Below, piece after piece: positions 46,234 to 56,483 of a DNA stretch of 64,000 nucleotides (positions are counted from its first letter, which is position 1; every line of letters starts with the position of its first letter). The translations under genes and the position numbers were made by a program. The notes beneath the pieces were generated by a model. The model was not told the DNA's origin, did not search any database, and saw only the letters and a list, made by a program, of their open reading frames with translations. The stretch spans positions 704,001 to 768,000 of the forward strand of contig OZ242029.1 in the NCBI GenBank assembly GCA_965205015.1. Reading direction: 5' to 3'. This DNA is from Candidatus Poribacteria bacterium. GTDB lineage: Bacteria; Poribacteria; WGA-4E; WGA-3G.

Positions 46234-48323
46234 GGTATCATCACCGAATCCGACAAGAGTGCTTCAATCATCCAAATTAAGGGTTGACCGCCTATGATAT
46301 CCAAACCTATAAAACTGTATTGCCAATTCCCTGCTTTATCAATCAAGATAAAAGCGGGGATTCTTTTAATCTGATACGCCTTCTTTACTTGCCGATGCGG
46401 GTCAAGTAGAACGGGCCAGGGGGGTTGATACTGTTCTAAAAACTCCCGAACTTTTTGAGGGGCTTCACCGTCACTGATACCCCAGATAACGACATCATCA
46501 ACGTTGCGGAATCGCTCATAGACGAATTCAACTTCCGGAATCACCATGTTGCCCCCATACAACGAAACCCCAACATCAAGCAACACAATCTTACCAGACA
46601 TCGCCGAGAGTGTGTAGGTCTCGCCTTCCAACGTTTCCAAACGAAAATCCGTCGCTTTTTTCTTCAGTCTGTTGGTGATAAGTTTCTCGCGGATTTTTTC
46701 GAGATCCGTCCCTTCTCGAATCCGGTATTCTGCTTCGGTGTCTTTAAGGAATGCCTCAAGCGTATCGGTAGGTTCCCGGCGTTTTATTTCATGATAGAGG
46801 CGTTCCAGGCCCCTCCGACTTTCCGCCCGAGGCATAGGCACAAAGTGTGGGTCGGCGAAGTCATAGTAATGTCTTACCTTCTCAACGCGAGGCATAGGCG
46901 CAAAATATGCATCGGCGTAGTAACGCCTCGCTTCCTCAGAGTCTCCCACTCCTTCCGCTGACCGGCCCAACATATAGAAGTAATTCATGGTATCCTCATT
47001 AAACCTTGCCCAGAGGGACTCCAAATAATCCGGTGCGTTCGCGACAAGTCCATCATGCGCTTCTCTCCATCGTTCCTGCCGGATATAGATTTCACAGCGT
47101 AAACGCGAGATGTTCTTGCGCTCTTCTTCTACAGACCCTTTGTTGTTTTCGACGAGCCATTTCTGTTCCTCTATCTCCCCTAACCTGATGTCAGCACGCG
47201 CTAAAACTTCCCACGCTTTGTCCAATCGGTTGTTAAACTTCAGCCGATATTTAACCGATTCGGTATAAGCCCAACCGAACCACTGCTGTGTCTCCCGGCA
47301 ACAAGAGAGATGTGCCTCCAAGCAGCCGTCAATCAGTTCATCAAGGTCGTCATCATTCGCCAGAGAGCGATCCGCTTCTGCTAATCGTAGTAGTTGTTGA
47401 TACGCTGACCAATGCCAGGACAATATGGGGGTATCTGAGACAGTAAACGCATTAATGACACGTTGGTAATAGTACCACTGTTGAGATGCGTCTTCGCTCC
47501 GTTCAGCTAATCCTAACAATGCTGTCAAATAATTTTCAGTTTTGGGGTATTGCAACATCTTGTCAAACAGACTGTTTGGAACATTCTTTGAGCGACCCGG
47601 AAGCTCCATATATCCCCAATAGACAGTGTTTAATAATTCCGGAGTTTCTGGATGTTCCCTCAGCAGCATTTCGATTTCAGGGAGAATTTTCTTCTTTGCG
47701 TCCTCCGCTGAAAAGGTTTCGACGATTCGTCTCCATTGAGAATGATACGTTTCCAAATCCACAATCAATGCCTCCTGATCCGCCTGTAACCGCTTTCGCG
47801 CCCGATGGAGGCGACTCACGATCGTGTTCACCGGTATATCTAAGAATTCGCCCATCTCCATTGTTGTCATTTCACCGAGATAGTAGAGCCGCATCACCTC
47901 GCGTTCACCTTTCGGCAGTTTTGCCAGAAGATTTTCGACGATTTCATAACGACGCTCCCTCGCTTCTGATTCTTGCTGGTCGGATACATAACGCTCATAC
48001 GTTAAGTTATCTATCTCTTTCACAGACGCGTCACTCAGCGATTGCATCGTAGATTTTTGCTTTCGTATCCAAGAAATGCAAAGCCGATTTGCAATGACAT
48101 AGACCCACCCAGCAAATTGACTGGGGTCCTTAAGCGTTGAGAGTTTGTTGTATGCTTGGAGAAAAGTGTCTTGTGTAATCTCTTCAGCATAGTGAAAATC
48201 TCCGATCTTTCGCCACACAAGGGCATGAACGCTGCTTTGATACTTCTGAACCAAAGTGTTGAATGCCTCGTCGTCGCCCGACAAAACTTTGCGAATCAAC
48301 TGAACATCGTCTTCTCTTTCCAC
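46224..48323 (-). CDS. ECF sigma factor fused to helical/TPR-like region and degenerate redoxin domain
   Basis: GDDEAFNTLV, AEEITQDTF, FAGWVYVIA, NTIVSRLHRARKRL; C-terminal DFRLETLEG..GKIVLLD..IPAFILIDKAG without CxxC; GTG start after AGGAGA. Confidence 0.85.
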   Translation of the reverse strand: MEREDDVQLIRKVLSGDDEAFNTLVQKYQSSVHALVWRKIGDFHYAEEITQDTFLQAYNKLSTLKDPSQFAGWVYVIANRLCISWIRKQKSTMQSLSDASVKEIDNLTYERYVSDQQESEARERRYEIVENLLAKLPKGEREVMRLYYLGEMTTMEMGEFLDIPVNTIVSRLHRARKRLQADQEALIVDLETYHSQWRRIVETFSAEDAKKKILPEIEMLLREHPETPELLNTVYWGYMELPGRSKNVPNSLFDKMLQYPKTENYLTALLGLAERSEDASQQWYYYQRVINAFTVSDTPILSWHWSAYQQLLRLAEADRSLANDDDLDELIDGCLEAHLSCCRETQQWFGWAYTESVKYRLKFNNRLDKAWEVLARADIRLGEIEEQKWLVENNKGSVEEERKNISRLRCEIYIRQERWREAHDGLVANAPDYLESLWARFNEDTMNYFYMLGRSAEGVGDSEEARRYYADAYFAPMPRVEKVRHYYDFADPHFVPMPRAESRRGLERLYHEIKRREPTDTLEAFLKDTEAEYRIREGTDLEKIREKLITNRLKKKATDFRLETLEGETYTLSAMSGKIVLLDVGVSLYGGNMVIPEVEFVYERFRNVDDVVIWGISDGEAPQKVREFLEQYQPPWPVLLDPHRQVKKAYQIKRIPAFILIDKAGNWQYSFIGLDIIGGQPLIWMIEALLSDSVMIPCF

Positions 48324-48406
48324 GCGGCTTTCTCCTAATAAACAGATTGGGGTGTGTTGACATTCGCCAAAAAGTATACGCAAATGCTAAACTTTGTGAA
48401 ATTATA

Positions 48407-48431
48407 GTAGGGGTAGGTCTTGTGCCTACCC
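48407..48431. repeat. GTAG REP palindrome
   Basis: gtaggggtaggtcttgtgcctaccc. Confidence 0.8.
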
Positions 48432-48642
48432 ACACATTACCGAAACCGTCAATACGTTTTCGGGCTTTACTCTAAGCAATGCGACACGGTTCATATCATC
48501 TTCATAAGGTTAGTTGTTAAAGACGCGATTTTGGGCAGGAAACATTGCATAATTTAAAAAAAGTCTGGATTTTTTAGGAATTGTGGGAAGATGAGGGGTT
48601 GTGATCAGATCGTTGGAAAGAGAGTTTGGTTGCAATATGTAA

Positions 48643-48681
48643 GGGCTGTTCAGTTACCCTTGGCGGATAACTCAACAGCCC
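48643..48681 (-). terminator. Putative terminator hairpin downstream of the DUF4159 gene
   Basis: gggctgttcagtta...taactcaacagccc. Confidence 0.45.
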
Positions 48682-48724
48682 AAACAAAGTGCGGGGTTAA
48701 AAACCACGCTCAGATATAAAATCT

Positions 48725-50203
48725 CTACTCGAAACCGCTGACTTTCGCAGCTTCAGGTGCGCTCGTCGGGAGTTCCTGCTTGGCTAACGTATCTTCAGGC
48801 ACATAACCGGAGTAGTCAGAAATCTGACCGTGCGTCAACGCATACACCACAACGTTCGTCATGAAACGATAGACACCGGGTGAATAGTGGACACTCCGTG
48901 TCGGGAGACTGACAGACTCCATTGCGCACATGTAATCACGGCGGACCATGATAACCGATAACTTTTCACCGACGGAGATACCTTCAAGGAAGTTCCGTTT
49001 CGGCGGACGTGTGCCCCACCAGAAGATGTCGTATCCGACAGGGGGACCACCCATTTCATAGAAGTTATCGTAAATCTCGTGCTCGTTCGCGATACGTTCA
49101 ATCTGATACTCAGGCATGACATAGCGCATCTGTGCGAGGAAGAGACGAATCATCGCCTGTGCAGGCGCGTTCACACCACAGTCGTCAAAGACGAGGAATC
49201 CACCTTTTTCGACGAGGAAGCGACGCATACCCGCGGCTTCCGTCTCAGTGAGACGGCTATCCATTTTACCGCCACCATACTGCCGTCCGAGCAAGTTACG
49301 AGAACGGGTCAGTGATGGATCATGTCCTGTCATAAAGACGAACGGTGTTTTGAAGAGGTTGGCATCGGTGAGTTTCAATGCGCCACCTTCAACGTTCATG
49401 TCGGTTTTGATTTTCGTACGTTCGTTGAGCCACTTCGTCAATGCGTTGAGGGAAGAAGCATCAGCCCACCAGTCAGAGAGACTGTGACGGATCCGTGTAA
49501 AACGGAAGACGCCTCGGATGTCTTTACCTTTACCGATGACGCGTCCACCGGGTTCGCCTCTGGGCAGGGGTGGCACTTCAACGTTACCGAGGGTGATGTT
49601 TTCAACGACATCGCCGAGAGCATCGCGTGCGGCACCGACGTTTTCAACCATTGCGAGTCCGGGTGGACGTTCAAAAGCGACTTTCACCTGCACGACGCTG
49701 CCTGCGACGCCACGACCGATGTTCGCCGGTCCAGCGGAGGGGGCAGTTGCGACAGGTGCGGAGAACGCCAAGGCACCGGGAGCATCCGAAACGGGTAGGT
49801 CGGCGTGTGTTACAACCGTCGGCGCGGGTGCGTTCGGCGTAACGACTCTCGGTATATTCGGGTTAATCGGGGCGTCCACTTTGACGGTTTGGTTTGAAAA
49901 TTCGAGTACCGTCTGCGGTTGGAAATTCGACTTAGCAACAAACGCAGTCGTTACACGAGGTTGGACTTGAACCTGTTCGACGACAACGGTATTCTGTGTT
50001 GGGACCGTCGGCTTAATTACAGGTTTCACAACAGGTTTCCGGACCTTCGGCTTCGGCGGCTCCTTGGGTTGGAGCACTTCAGCACCCACGAGATCTTTGA
50101 ACTGTTCAGTTTGCGTGACGAGATAAATGCCAGCAATGAACGCTATGACCGCGTGAAGTACCAATGAAGTCATCAAGGCACCTGAGGTTCTTTTTGCACT
50201 CAT
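48725..50203 (-). CDS. Membrane-anchored Pro/Val-rich linker + DUF4159 domain protein
   Basis: SLVLH TonB-like anchor; PFVFMTGH, GGFLVFDDC, HEIYDNFY, NVVVYALT. Confidence 0.75.
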   Translation of the reverse strand: MSAKRTSGALMTSLVLHAVIAFIAGIYLVTQTEQFKDLVGAEVLQPKEPPKPKVRKPVVKPVIKPTVPTQNTVVVEQVQVQPRVTTAFVAKSNFQPQTVLEFSNQTVKVDAPINPNIPRVVTPNAPAPTVVTHADLPVSDAPGALAFSAPVATAPSAGPANIGRGVAGSVVQVKVAFERPPGLAMVENVGAARDALGDVVENITLGNVEVPPLPRGEPGGRVIGKGKDIRGVFRFTRIRHSLSDWWADASSLNALTKWLNERTKIKTDMNVEGGALKLTDANLFKTPFVFMTGHDPSLTRSRNLLGRQYGGGKMDSRLTETEAAGMRRFLVEKGGFLVFDDCGVNAPAQAMIRLFLAQMRYVMPEYQIERIANEHEIYDNFYEMGGPPVGYDIFWWGTRPPKRNFLEGISVGEKLSVIMVRRDYMCAMESVSLPTRSVHYSPGVYRFMTNVVVYALTHGQISDYSGYVPEDTLAKQELPTSAPEAAKVSGFE

Positions 50204-50271
50204 TCGTTATTACCTCCAAGGGATATTTGCGTATCCTAAGAAAAAACAAAAGTTGTTGATGCAGGGATATA

Positions 50272-50287
50272 TGCAATTTCCGTGCCA
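50272..50287 (-). promoter_or_regulatory. Sigma54 (-24/-12) promoter
   Basis: Reverse complement TGGCACGGAAATTGCA matches TGGCACG-N4-TTGC. Confidence 0.75.
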
Positions 50288-50336
50288 ATGCGAAAAACAG
50301 TGAATTAGCGATGAATCCCTGCATCAAACGGATGCA

Positions 50337-50417
50337 GCTGCACGAAAAGGGGCAATCCTTTTTAAGGCTGCACAAAAAGGGGCAGTCTTTAGCAACCGTG
50401 TGCCCCAAAATTGGACT
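50337..50417. promoter_or_regulatory. Putative bEBP (NtrC/Fis-type) enhancer sites
   Basis: gctgcacgaaaaggggca, gctgcacaaaaaggggca and tgccccaaaattgg, 50-130 bp upstream of the sigma54 site. Confidence 0.55.
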
Positions 50418-51094
50418 TATTGGGCTGGGACTTTGTCGGCATCTGTCGTAAAGAAGCGACCTGCCTCCCTAAGCCGGGGTTTACCTTTGTGAAAGCCAAA
50501 GATGCCGAGGTTGTTTTCCGTGCTGCTATCCAGCTCGTGGATCTTCCACCCATCCTTTGCCTCTTTCATCAGATAGAGGTGCGTTTCGCCAGGAAACGAG
50601 CCTTTGTAACAATTGTAACCTATGGCACTCGCTTCAATTTTGCTGCCTTTATAGCGAATCCAAAAATCCTTCAACTGATCGTTCTGTCCCCATTTGGCAC
50701 CCTTTGTGCCGATACCGATCCACAAACCTTCAATAGCGACTTTAACGTTCGTCCAACCGAAGGCGATTGGCACAGGTTCATTTCCGGCAAAGATTGTTCC
50801 GAAGGCAACCTTGCCATCATTCGTCCGGAAGGTCTCCCCAATGGCTTTGAGATCGTTGTCGTTAAAGGCTTTGTAGAAGGCACTATAAACCTCCTGGATT
50901 GCGGCTTTTTCTGCTGCGAAGTCGATTGGGGGTCTCGCAGCAACTGCTGGCTCATCACCAGAACTGCTTGAGGAGCTTTCTGTCGGCTTTTCAGCGGATT
51001 CTTCTTCGGTGTCGCCACCGCAGCCTACAATGCCGACGCTCATGATGCTCACTGCGAAGAGGACAAGCACGAGCCACGTTAATCTCAATTGCAT
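50417..51094 (-). CDS. Lipoprotein with NTF2/SnoaL-like domain
   Basis: Lipobox IVGC; EKAAIQEVYSAFYKAFNDNDL...DGWKI; AAGGAGG SD before MQLRL. Confidence 0.65.
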   Translation of the reverse strand: MQLRLTWLVLVLFAVSIMSVGIVGCGGDTEEESAEKPTESSSSSSGDEPAVAARPPIDFAAEKAAIQEVYSAFYKAFNDNDLKAIGETFRTNDGKVAFGTIFAGNEPVPIAFGWTNVKVAIEGLWIGIGTKGAKWGQNDQLKDFWIRYKGSKIEASAIGYNCYKGSFPGETHLYLMKEAKDGWKIHELDSSTENNLGIFGFHKGKPRLREAGRFFTTDADKVPAQ

Positions 51095-51285
51095 TTTTCC
51101 AAATTCCTCCTTTAGATTCATTACCATTACATTGCTTGCAAGCGAGGGTTGCAAGCCCGTCGCATCCAAAAACCGTGCTTTCCAGTTTCCCAAATGCGTA
51201 TAAGGCAAAAATCAGCCGCTTAATGGCTAAGACACATTTTCCATGGATGCTGTTTAAGACATTATAACCTTTTTACAAAAATATG

Positions 51286-52458
51286 TCAAGTTAATTTGTC
51301 ACCGCTGATGCGTGTCTGCCGTTCAGGGTCAAATTTTTCTATCTTCCTCAAATATGCAGCCGCTTCAAGGGTCTGTATTACATCGGTGACCTGAATTTCA
51401 GACATGCACCCCGCTTCTCCGAAGCGACAGGTCGTTCCCAAACAGGTGCAGTCTGACTTCCGTCGTATCGTTTGACACTTTTCACCCGCTGGACCGAAAC
51501 GGGTCGGATCCCCGGGTCCATACAGTCCGAGTGTTTGAGTGCCAACGGCTGCAGCGAGATGCATCGGACCGCTATCGTTACCGATAAACACAGTGCATGT
51601 ATGCAAAATTGATGCCAATTGTGTGAGTGTCGTTTTGCCAGCGATATTGATGGAGTCACCTCGCATGAGCGCTTGAATCTCGGTGACGATCGGTATTTCA
51701 TCTTTCACGCCGACAAACAGGATTTGTGCACGTTTTTGGGCAATCAGCCAATCCGCTAATTCCGCATACCGCTCAGGGACCCACCGTTTTAGTGGAATCG
51801 GAGACCCAGGATGGATAGCAATCAACGGGCATCGCCGCTCAATCCGATATGTGGCAAGAAGATCGGATGCCCATTTTTTATCTTCCGCTGTTACGGAGAA
51901 GATAGCGGTTTGGACGGGTGTCGGGATGCCTGTTTGCCTTAAGACATCAAGGTTACGGATTGTTTCGTGGGTTCCACTGAATTGTGCGAGACCCAACCGG
52001 TTCGCAATTTGCAGGGCTGCGCGACTGAGTCGCTTCGGTGTAAGCCGTAAGCACGCAAACCAGACAGTCCGCCAATCGCCGCGGAGATCCACCATCAGAT
52101 CGTATTTTTGGTGGCGTAACTGGCGGTAGAGCTTAAACGTTTCTCTGAGCGGGGTCGGCTGTCCTGTGCGGCAAAAAACGGGTGAATTGTATTCTATAAC
52201 CTTATTGACATCGGGATGCTTCTCTAAAACGACGCGACTCCATGTCCCGGTAAGGGCGTGCAGCTCAGCGTTCGGATATGCCCGACGGAGATTGGAAAAC
52301 ACCGGTGTCGCCAACAGGACATCTCCGAGATGATCGAGTTTGATAACGAGGATCCGTTCGGGCGCGAAGTCCTTCGGAAACCAACGTTTCCGATAAAAGA
52401 GCCACTGCACAGCAGTAGAAGCGATTAAAGTGAGAATCTCAGTCGCGTTTTGAAACAT
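51286..52458 (-). CDS. Glycosyltransferase family 9 (heptosyltransferase-like)
   Basis: DHLGDVLL, HPGS...KRW, GNDSGPMHLAAA, GLYGP. Confidence 0.92.
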   Translation of the reverse strand: MFQNATEILTLIASTAVQWLFYRKRWFPKDFAPERILVIKLDHLGDVLLATPVFSNLRRAYPNAELHALTGTWSRVVLEKHPDVNKVIEYNSPVFCRTGQPTPLRETFKLYRQLRHQKYDLMVDLRGDWRTVWFACLRLTPKRLSRAALQIANRLGLAQFSGTHETIRNLDVLRQTGIPTPVQTAIFSVTAEDKKWASDLLATYRIERRCPLIAIHPGSPIPLKRWVPERYAELADWLIAQKRAQILFVGVKDEIPIVTEIQALMRGDSINIAGKTTLTQLASILHTCTVFIGNDSGPMHLAAAVGTQTLGLYGPGDPTRFGPAGEKCQTIRRKSDCTCLGTTCRFGEAGCMSEIQVTDVIQTLEAAAYLRKIEKFDPERQTRISGDKLT

Positions 52459-52598
52459 CTTTATGCAGTCTACTGAATTCGCGGGGATTTGTCAAAGGGA
52501 ATTCCACCCAGCGAATCCTAAACCCATTTGCATTCGGCAGATAGATTCTGATATACTATTCTCACTTGCTTCTATCCCTCACAGACCGATTTAAGCGC

Positions 52599-55193
52599 AT
52601 GGAATTTATCAAACACTTCTCAGAAATTGATGATGCCGACTTGCCCCGTGTCGGCGGAAAAGGGTTGAATCTCGGAAAACTGACGAGCGCCGGGTTTCCA
52701 GTACCGAAAGGTTTTTGCGTCACCACAGATGCCTACCGATCGTCTGTTGAAGGTCTATCTGAACAGAATGAGAGAAGCGTTAAAGATATCAGGCTATCGC
52801 CAGAACTCGTCGCAGAAATCTATACGGCGCGAGAAAAACTGCAGACAACCACAGTTGCAGTGCGCTCCAGTGCCACGGCGGAGGATCTGGCAGAGGCGAG
52901 TTTTGCGGGACAACAGGATACGTTTTTAAATGTAACACCGGATGAACTTTTAGACGCTCTTAAAGCGTGCTGGGCATCGCTCTGGTCGAGACGGGCTATC
53001 ACCTACCGACAGACACAGGGCATTACCGATGACGGCTTAGCAATGGCAGTCGTCATTCAAGAAATGTGCGAGTCAGATGTCTCCGGCGTGCTTTTTACCG
53101 CTGCGCCTTTTAATGAAAATGCCGCTATCATTGAATCGAATTGGGGCTTGGGTGAGTCGGTTGTATCAGGTGCTATCACACCTGATAGTTTTCACGTGTC
53201 TCGGGATACAAGCGAGGTTTTGGAAAGAACCATCGCTACGAAGCGTGAAATGGTAACCGGTGCGGGTGTCAGTGTGGTTCCCGCTGCGCAGCAGGATGCC
53301 CCAAGTCTAACGGATGCACAACTGAAGGAACTCACACAACTCGGCATGCAGGTTGAAACCTATTACGGACAACCGATGGATATTGAATGGGCGCTCACAG
53401 ACGGACAGTTCGTGCTGTTGCAGTCCCGTTACATTACCACATCCGCCACATCCATCACACCTCGTAGGAGCGAGCTGGACTCGCGACCCTCTGAAGCCGA
53501 TGAAGCCGCCGTTGGGAAAGTCCGTCAGGAAGAGATTCAGATATTGGAGGCAGGTGCCGAAGAACAGGGTACCGTCTGGTGCCATCACAACCTTGCGGAG
53601 GTATTACCGGCACCACTCCCAATGACCTGGGAGGTTATGAAGGAATTTATGTCGGGTGCCGGCGGGTTAGGTAAAGCGTATCGAGGTTTGGGGTTTTATC
53701 CAAGTGAGCGGGTCAATAATGAAGGGATTCTTGACCTGATTTGTGGGCGGGTTTACGTCAATTTGAACCGTGAGGCGGAACTCCACTTCGACGGTTTTCC
53801 CTTCGCCCACGATTTTAACGCCTTGAAGCAAAATCCACAAGCAGCGATGTATGCCCAAGCACAAACTGATATTACGCGGAGTAACGCCTCATTTTGGTTG
53901 AAACTCCCGCTCCATATCATTCGTATGAGCAGAGCAGAGATGCGTCTACGCCAGTGTCGCTCCGACTTCGCTCGATTGCTAATAGAAGAGGTATTCCCAG
54001 CGTTTCAAGCGGAAGTGGCAGCAGAACGAGACGTTTCCTATTCGGACCTAACGGATGCAGAATTAGTGACGAAGTTCAAAGAATGGCGTGCCAAAACACT
54101 GGCAGACTTCGCACCGAAAGCCCTTACCGCCACACTCCTCGCAGGGTTTTCACTTCAACGATTGGAGGCGGCTCTTCAGAAGTGTTTGCATGAAACAGAA
54201 GTAAAAACCTTCGCGAACAGACTTATGGGTGGGATTTCCGGCAATCTCACCGTTGAAACTATTGCCCCGCAGGTTTCCCACCCGCGGCTTGCGTCGAAAT
54301 TGCGGGAAGTGGCAACAGGAGACATACCCCTTACCGATTTCCTAAAAGATTACGGGCATCGCGCCGTTGACGAGTTTGAATTAGCACAGCCGCGTTGGCG
54401 CGAAGATACGACTTATCTTGAACAGATGGTTGCCTCTTTTCAAGAAAAGAACGCTGGGACCTCTCCTCTCAAAGATGATAGTTTGAATCAACTGACGGAA
54501 CAACCGGCGTCTGTAGAAAAGGAACTCGCCACGCGTCTTGAAAATAAAACGGGTTTAAGAAAGCAGATTGAGCATGAACTGGCTTTTACGAGAACCTATA
54601 TGCCTTTCAGGGAGACAGCGAAATTTTACCTAATGCTCGGCTATGAACAGATTCGGCGGGCATTGCTTGAACTGGATCGCCGGTATCAACTTAATGGGGG
54701 CATCTTTTATCTCGTACCAGATGAATTACGACGACTCGTAAACGGTGAGGTTTTCAGTGACGTTATTACTGCACGCAAGACGAAGCGTGAATTGATGTTA
54801 CAAATTGAGGTTCCGGACGTTATCTTCAGTGACGCATTGGATCAGATCGGCACCTCAACACCGCTCGAAGCGGTTGACACACTCACCGGAGTAGGCGTCT
54901 CGGCGGGTGTTGCGACAGGACAGGCACGCGTGCTTCTGAACCCCTCAGATGTCCATCCATCCGACAGGAATTACATTCTGGTATGCCCGTCAACAGACCC
55001 AGCATGGACACCGCTTTTTCTGCATGCAGCGGGATTAGTGATGGAGCGTGGTGGGATCTTGTCCCACGGTGCCGTTGTTGCGAGAGAATATGGCGTGCCT
55101 GCGGTTGTGAACATTCCGAATGCAACGCGCCGTATCGCAGATGGACAGACGCTCCGGGTTGATGGGAATCAGGGAACGCTCTCAATTGTTTAG
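52599..55193 (+). CDS. PEP/pyruvate-binding + swivel phospho-His protein (rifampin phosphotransferase-like architecture)
   Basis: VGGKG, AVRSSATAED...SFAGQ, DIEWA, LQSR; C-terminal TDPAWTP, GGILSHGAVVAREYG. Confidence 0.85.
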   Translation: MEFIKHFSEIDDADLPRVGGKGLNLGKLTSAGFPVPKGFCVTTDAYRSSVEGLSEQNERSVKDIRLSPELVAEIYTAREKLQTTTVAVRSSATAEDLAEASFAGQQDTFLNVTPDELLDALKACWASLWSRRAITYRQTQGITDDGLAMAVVIQEMCESDVSGVLFTAAPFNENAAIIESNWGLGESVVSGAITPDSFHVSRDTSEVLERTIATKREMVTGAGVSVVPAAQQDAPSLTDAQLKELTQLGMQVETYYGQPMDIEWALTDGQFVLLQSRYITTSATSITPRRSELDSRPSEADEAAVGKVRQEEIQILEAGAEEQGTVWCHHNLAEVLPAPLPMTWEVMKEFMSGAGGLGKAYRGLGFYPSERVNNEGILDLICGRVYVNLNREAELHFDGFPFAHDFNALKQNPQAAMYAQAQTDITRSNASFWLKLPLHIIRMSRAEMRLRQCRSDFARLLIEEVFPAFQAEVAAERDVSYSDLTDAELVTKFKEWRAKTLADFAPKALTATLLAGFSLQRLEAALQKCLHETEVKTFANRLMGGISGNLTVETIAPQVSHPRLASKLREVATGDIPLTDFLKDYGHRAVDEFELAQPRWREDTTYLEQMVASFQEKNAGTSPLKDDSLNQLTEQPASVEKELATRLENKTGLRKQIEHELAFTRTYMPFRETAKFYLMLGYEQIRRALLELDRRYQLNGGIFYLVPDELRRLVNGEVFSDVITARKTKRELMLQIEVPDVIFSDALDQIGTSTPLEAVDTLTGVGVSAGVATGQARVLLNPSDVHPSDRNYILVCPSTDPAWTPLFLHAAGLVMERGGILSHGAVVAREYGVPAVVNIPNATRRIADGQTLRVDGNQGTLSIV

Positions 55194-55238
55194 ACAACCG
55201 TAGGGGCTGGGTTACCCAGCCCGTACAGGAAACGGAAT

Positions 55239-56321
55239 ATGCTGCGACTCGATACCTATTCAGACAAACTCCAGCAGAAGCGTAGAAAAACTCGGCGTGC
55301 TTTCTTTGTTTCATTGGTTATACATGCCATAGCGACAGGAATTATAGGTCTCGGTTATATCCAGTGGTATCGACCGATGCAACCTTCGGAACCCCTGACT
55401 TCGGAAGCCATCTCAGTGACATCGCTCCAACGTTTCCATGTGAGCAGTACTCGTAAACGTTCTATGCCAACTCGGAGATCAACGTCCGTGCGTACGAAAA
55501 CCTCGTCCGCTGTTAACCAAAACATTGCGAAACTGATGCATTCAGCCCCCCCGACTGCGTCCAGGGCATCAGTCCCTATGTTAAGGACAGACGCTCGGTT
55601 ACCGGTGGCTGAGACCTCTCTGCGGGAACAAACCACAAAAACGCCTGCATGGAAAACAATTGCGACCGCACAAGCACAGGCACCTACAATCGCGCCCAAG
55701 CCGAAAACCGTACACGGAGAGGGTTCAACAAACAAATCAACAGATAATAACAGCCCTGCACCACCCATCAACAGAGATGCGCGGATGGGAGAGGCATTAG
55801 AAGGTATCGCGGAGAGTGTCGCCGATAGCAGAACCGAAACCGCTGTTGATCTCGTTTTTCTGCTTGACATTAGTGGTAGCATGATAGATAATATCCGTGC
55901 AGTCGGCAGACAGCTTAACCGGATGGTAGCCGTGTTTGAAGAAAAAGGGGTTGACTTCACGCTCGGCATCGTTATTTTCAGGTATCTCGAAGGGGATACG
56001 ATTATCCATCCACAAACGCGAGACAGTGAGAAATACAAACGGCTCTTGACTTCACATGTTGTCGCTGCTGCAGGTGATGAGCGGGCACACAATGCCATCA
56101 TAAAAACGATCCGCCGTGTCAATTTTCGAGAAGGCGTGAACCGTCGGTTTGTTCTTGTCACCGACGAACCCAGCAAAGGATCCTATAAATTACCAGAAGT
56201 ATTAGCACAGTGTTTTCAGCACAACATCATCGTGGATGTCATCGGCATTAATCATACCACGCATAGAGCACTAACGACAAAAACCGGGGGACTCTGGTTC
56301 CCCATTCCAATACAGGAATAA
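55239..56321 (+). CDS. Membrane-anchored VWA domain protein
   Basis: SLVIH anchor; DLVFLLDISGSM MIDAS; LVTDE. Confidence 0.85.
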   Translation: MLRLDTYSDKLQQKRRKTRRAFFVSLVIHAIATGIIGLGYIQWYRPMQPSEPLTSEAISVTSLQRFHVSSTRKRSMPTRRSTSVRTKTSSAVNQNIAKLMHSAPPTASRASVPMLRTDARLPVAETSLREQTTKTPAWKTIATAQAQAPTIAPKPKTVHGEGSTNKSTDNNSPAPPINRDARMGEALEGIAESVADSRTETAVDLVFLLDISGSMIDNIRAVGRQLNRMVAVFEEKGVDFTLGIVIFRYLEGDTIIHPQTRDSEKYKRLLTSHVVAAAGDERAHNAIIKTIRRVNFREGVNRRFVLVTDEPSKGSYKLPEVLAQCFQHNIIVDVIGINHTTHRALTTKTGGLWFPIPIQE

Positions 56322-56374
56322 ACGAACCGCAGGGAACATTAGAAAAGCGTTAAGAGATATGTTCTAAAGTGAAC

Positions 56375-56471
56375 GTAGCCCGTAACGAAGTGGGGGGTTT
56401 TTGCTTGGGTGTTTTTTCAGATCTACGCAAAGGCACTTTAAAGATCCAACCCGCCTCAACGAACCGCAAGG
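56375..56471 (+). repeat. Dispersed leader repeat copy
   Basis: gtagcccgtaacgaagtggggg...cctcaacgaaccgcaagg, 12 nt before ATG 56484. Confidence 0.7.
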
Positions 56472-56483
56472 AAAATTAAAAAA

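Noticed and set aside
48533-48550. GG-N10-GC sigma54-like motif on the plus strand
   Set aside because: Poor -24 match, and it points at no sense gene
55355-56176. 273-aa antisense ORF, and the other short overlapping ORFs in the track
   Set aside because: Shadow frames of well-supported genes, with no recognisable motifs
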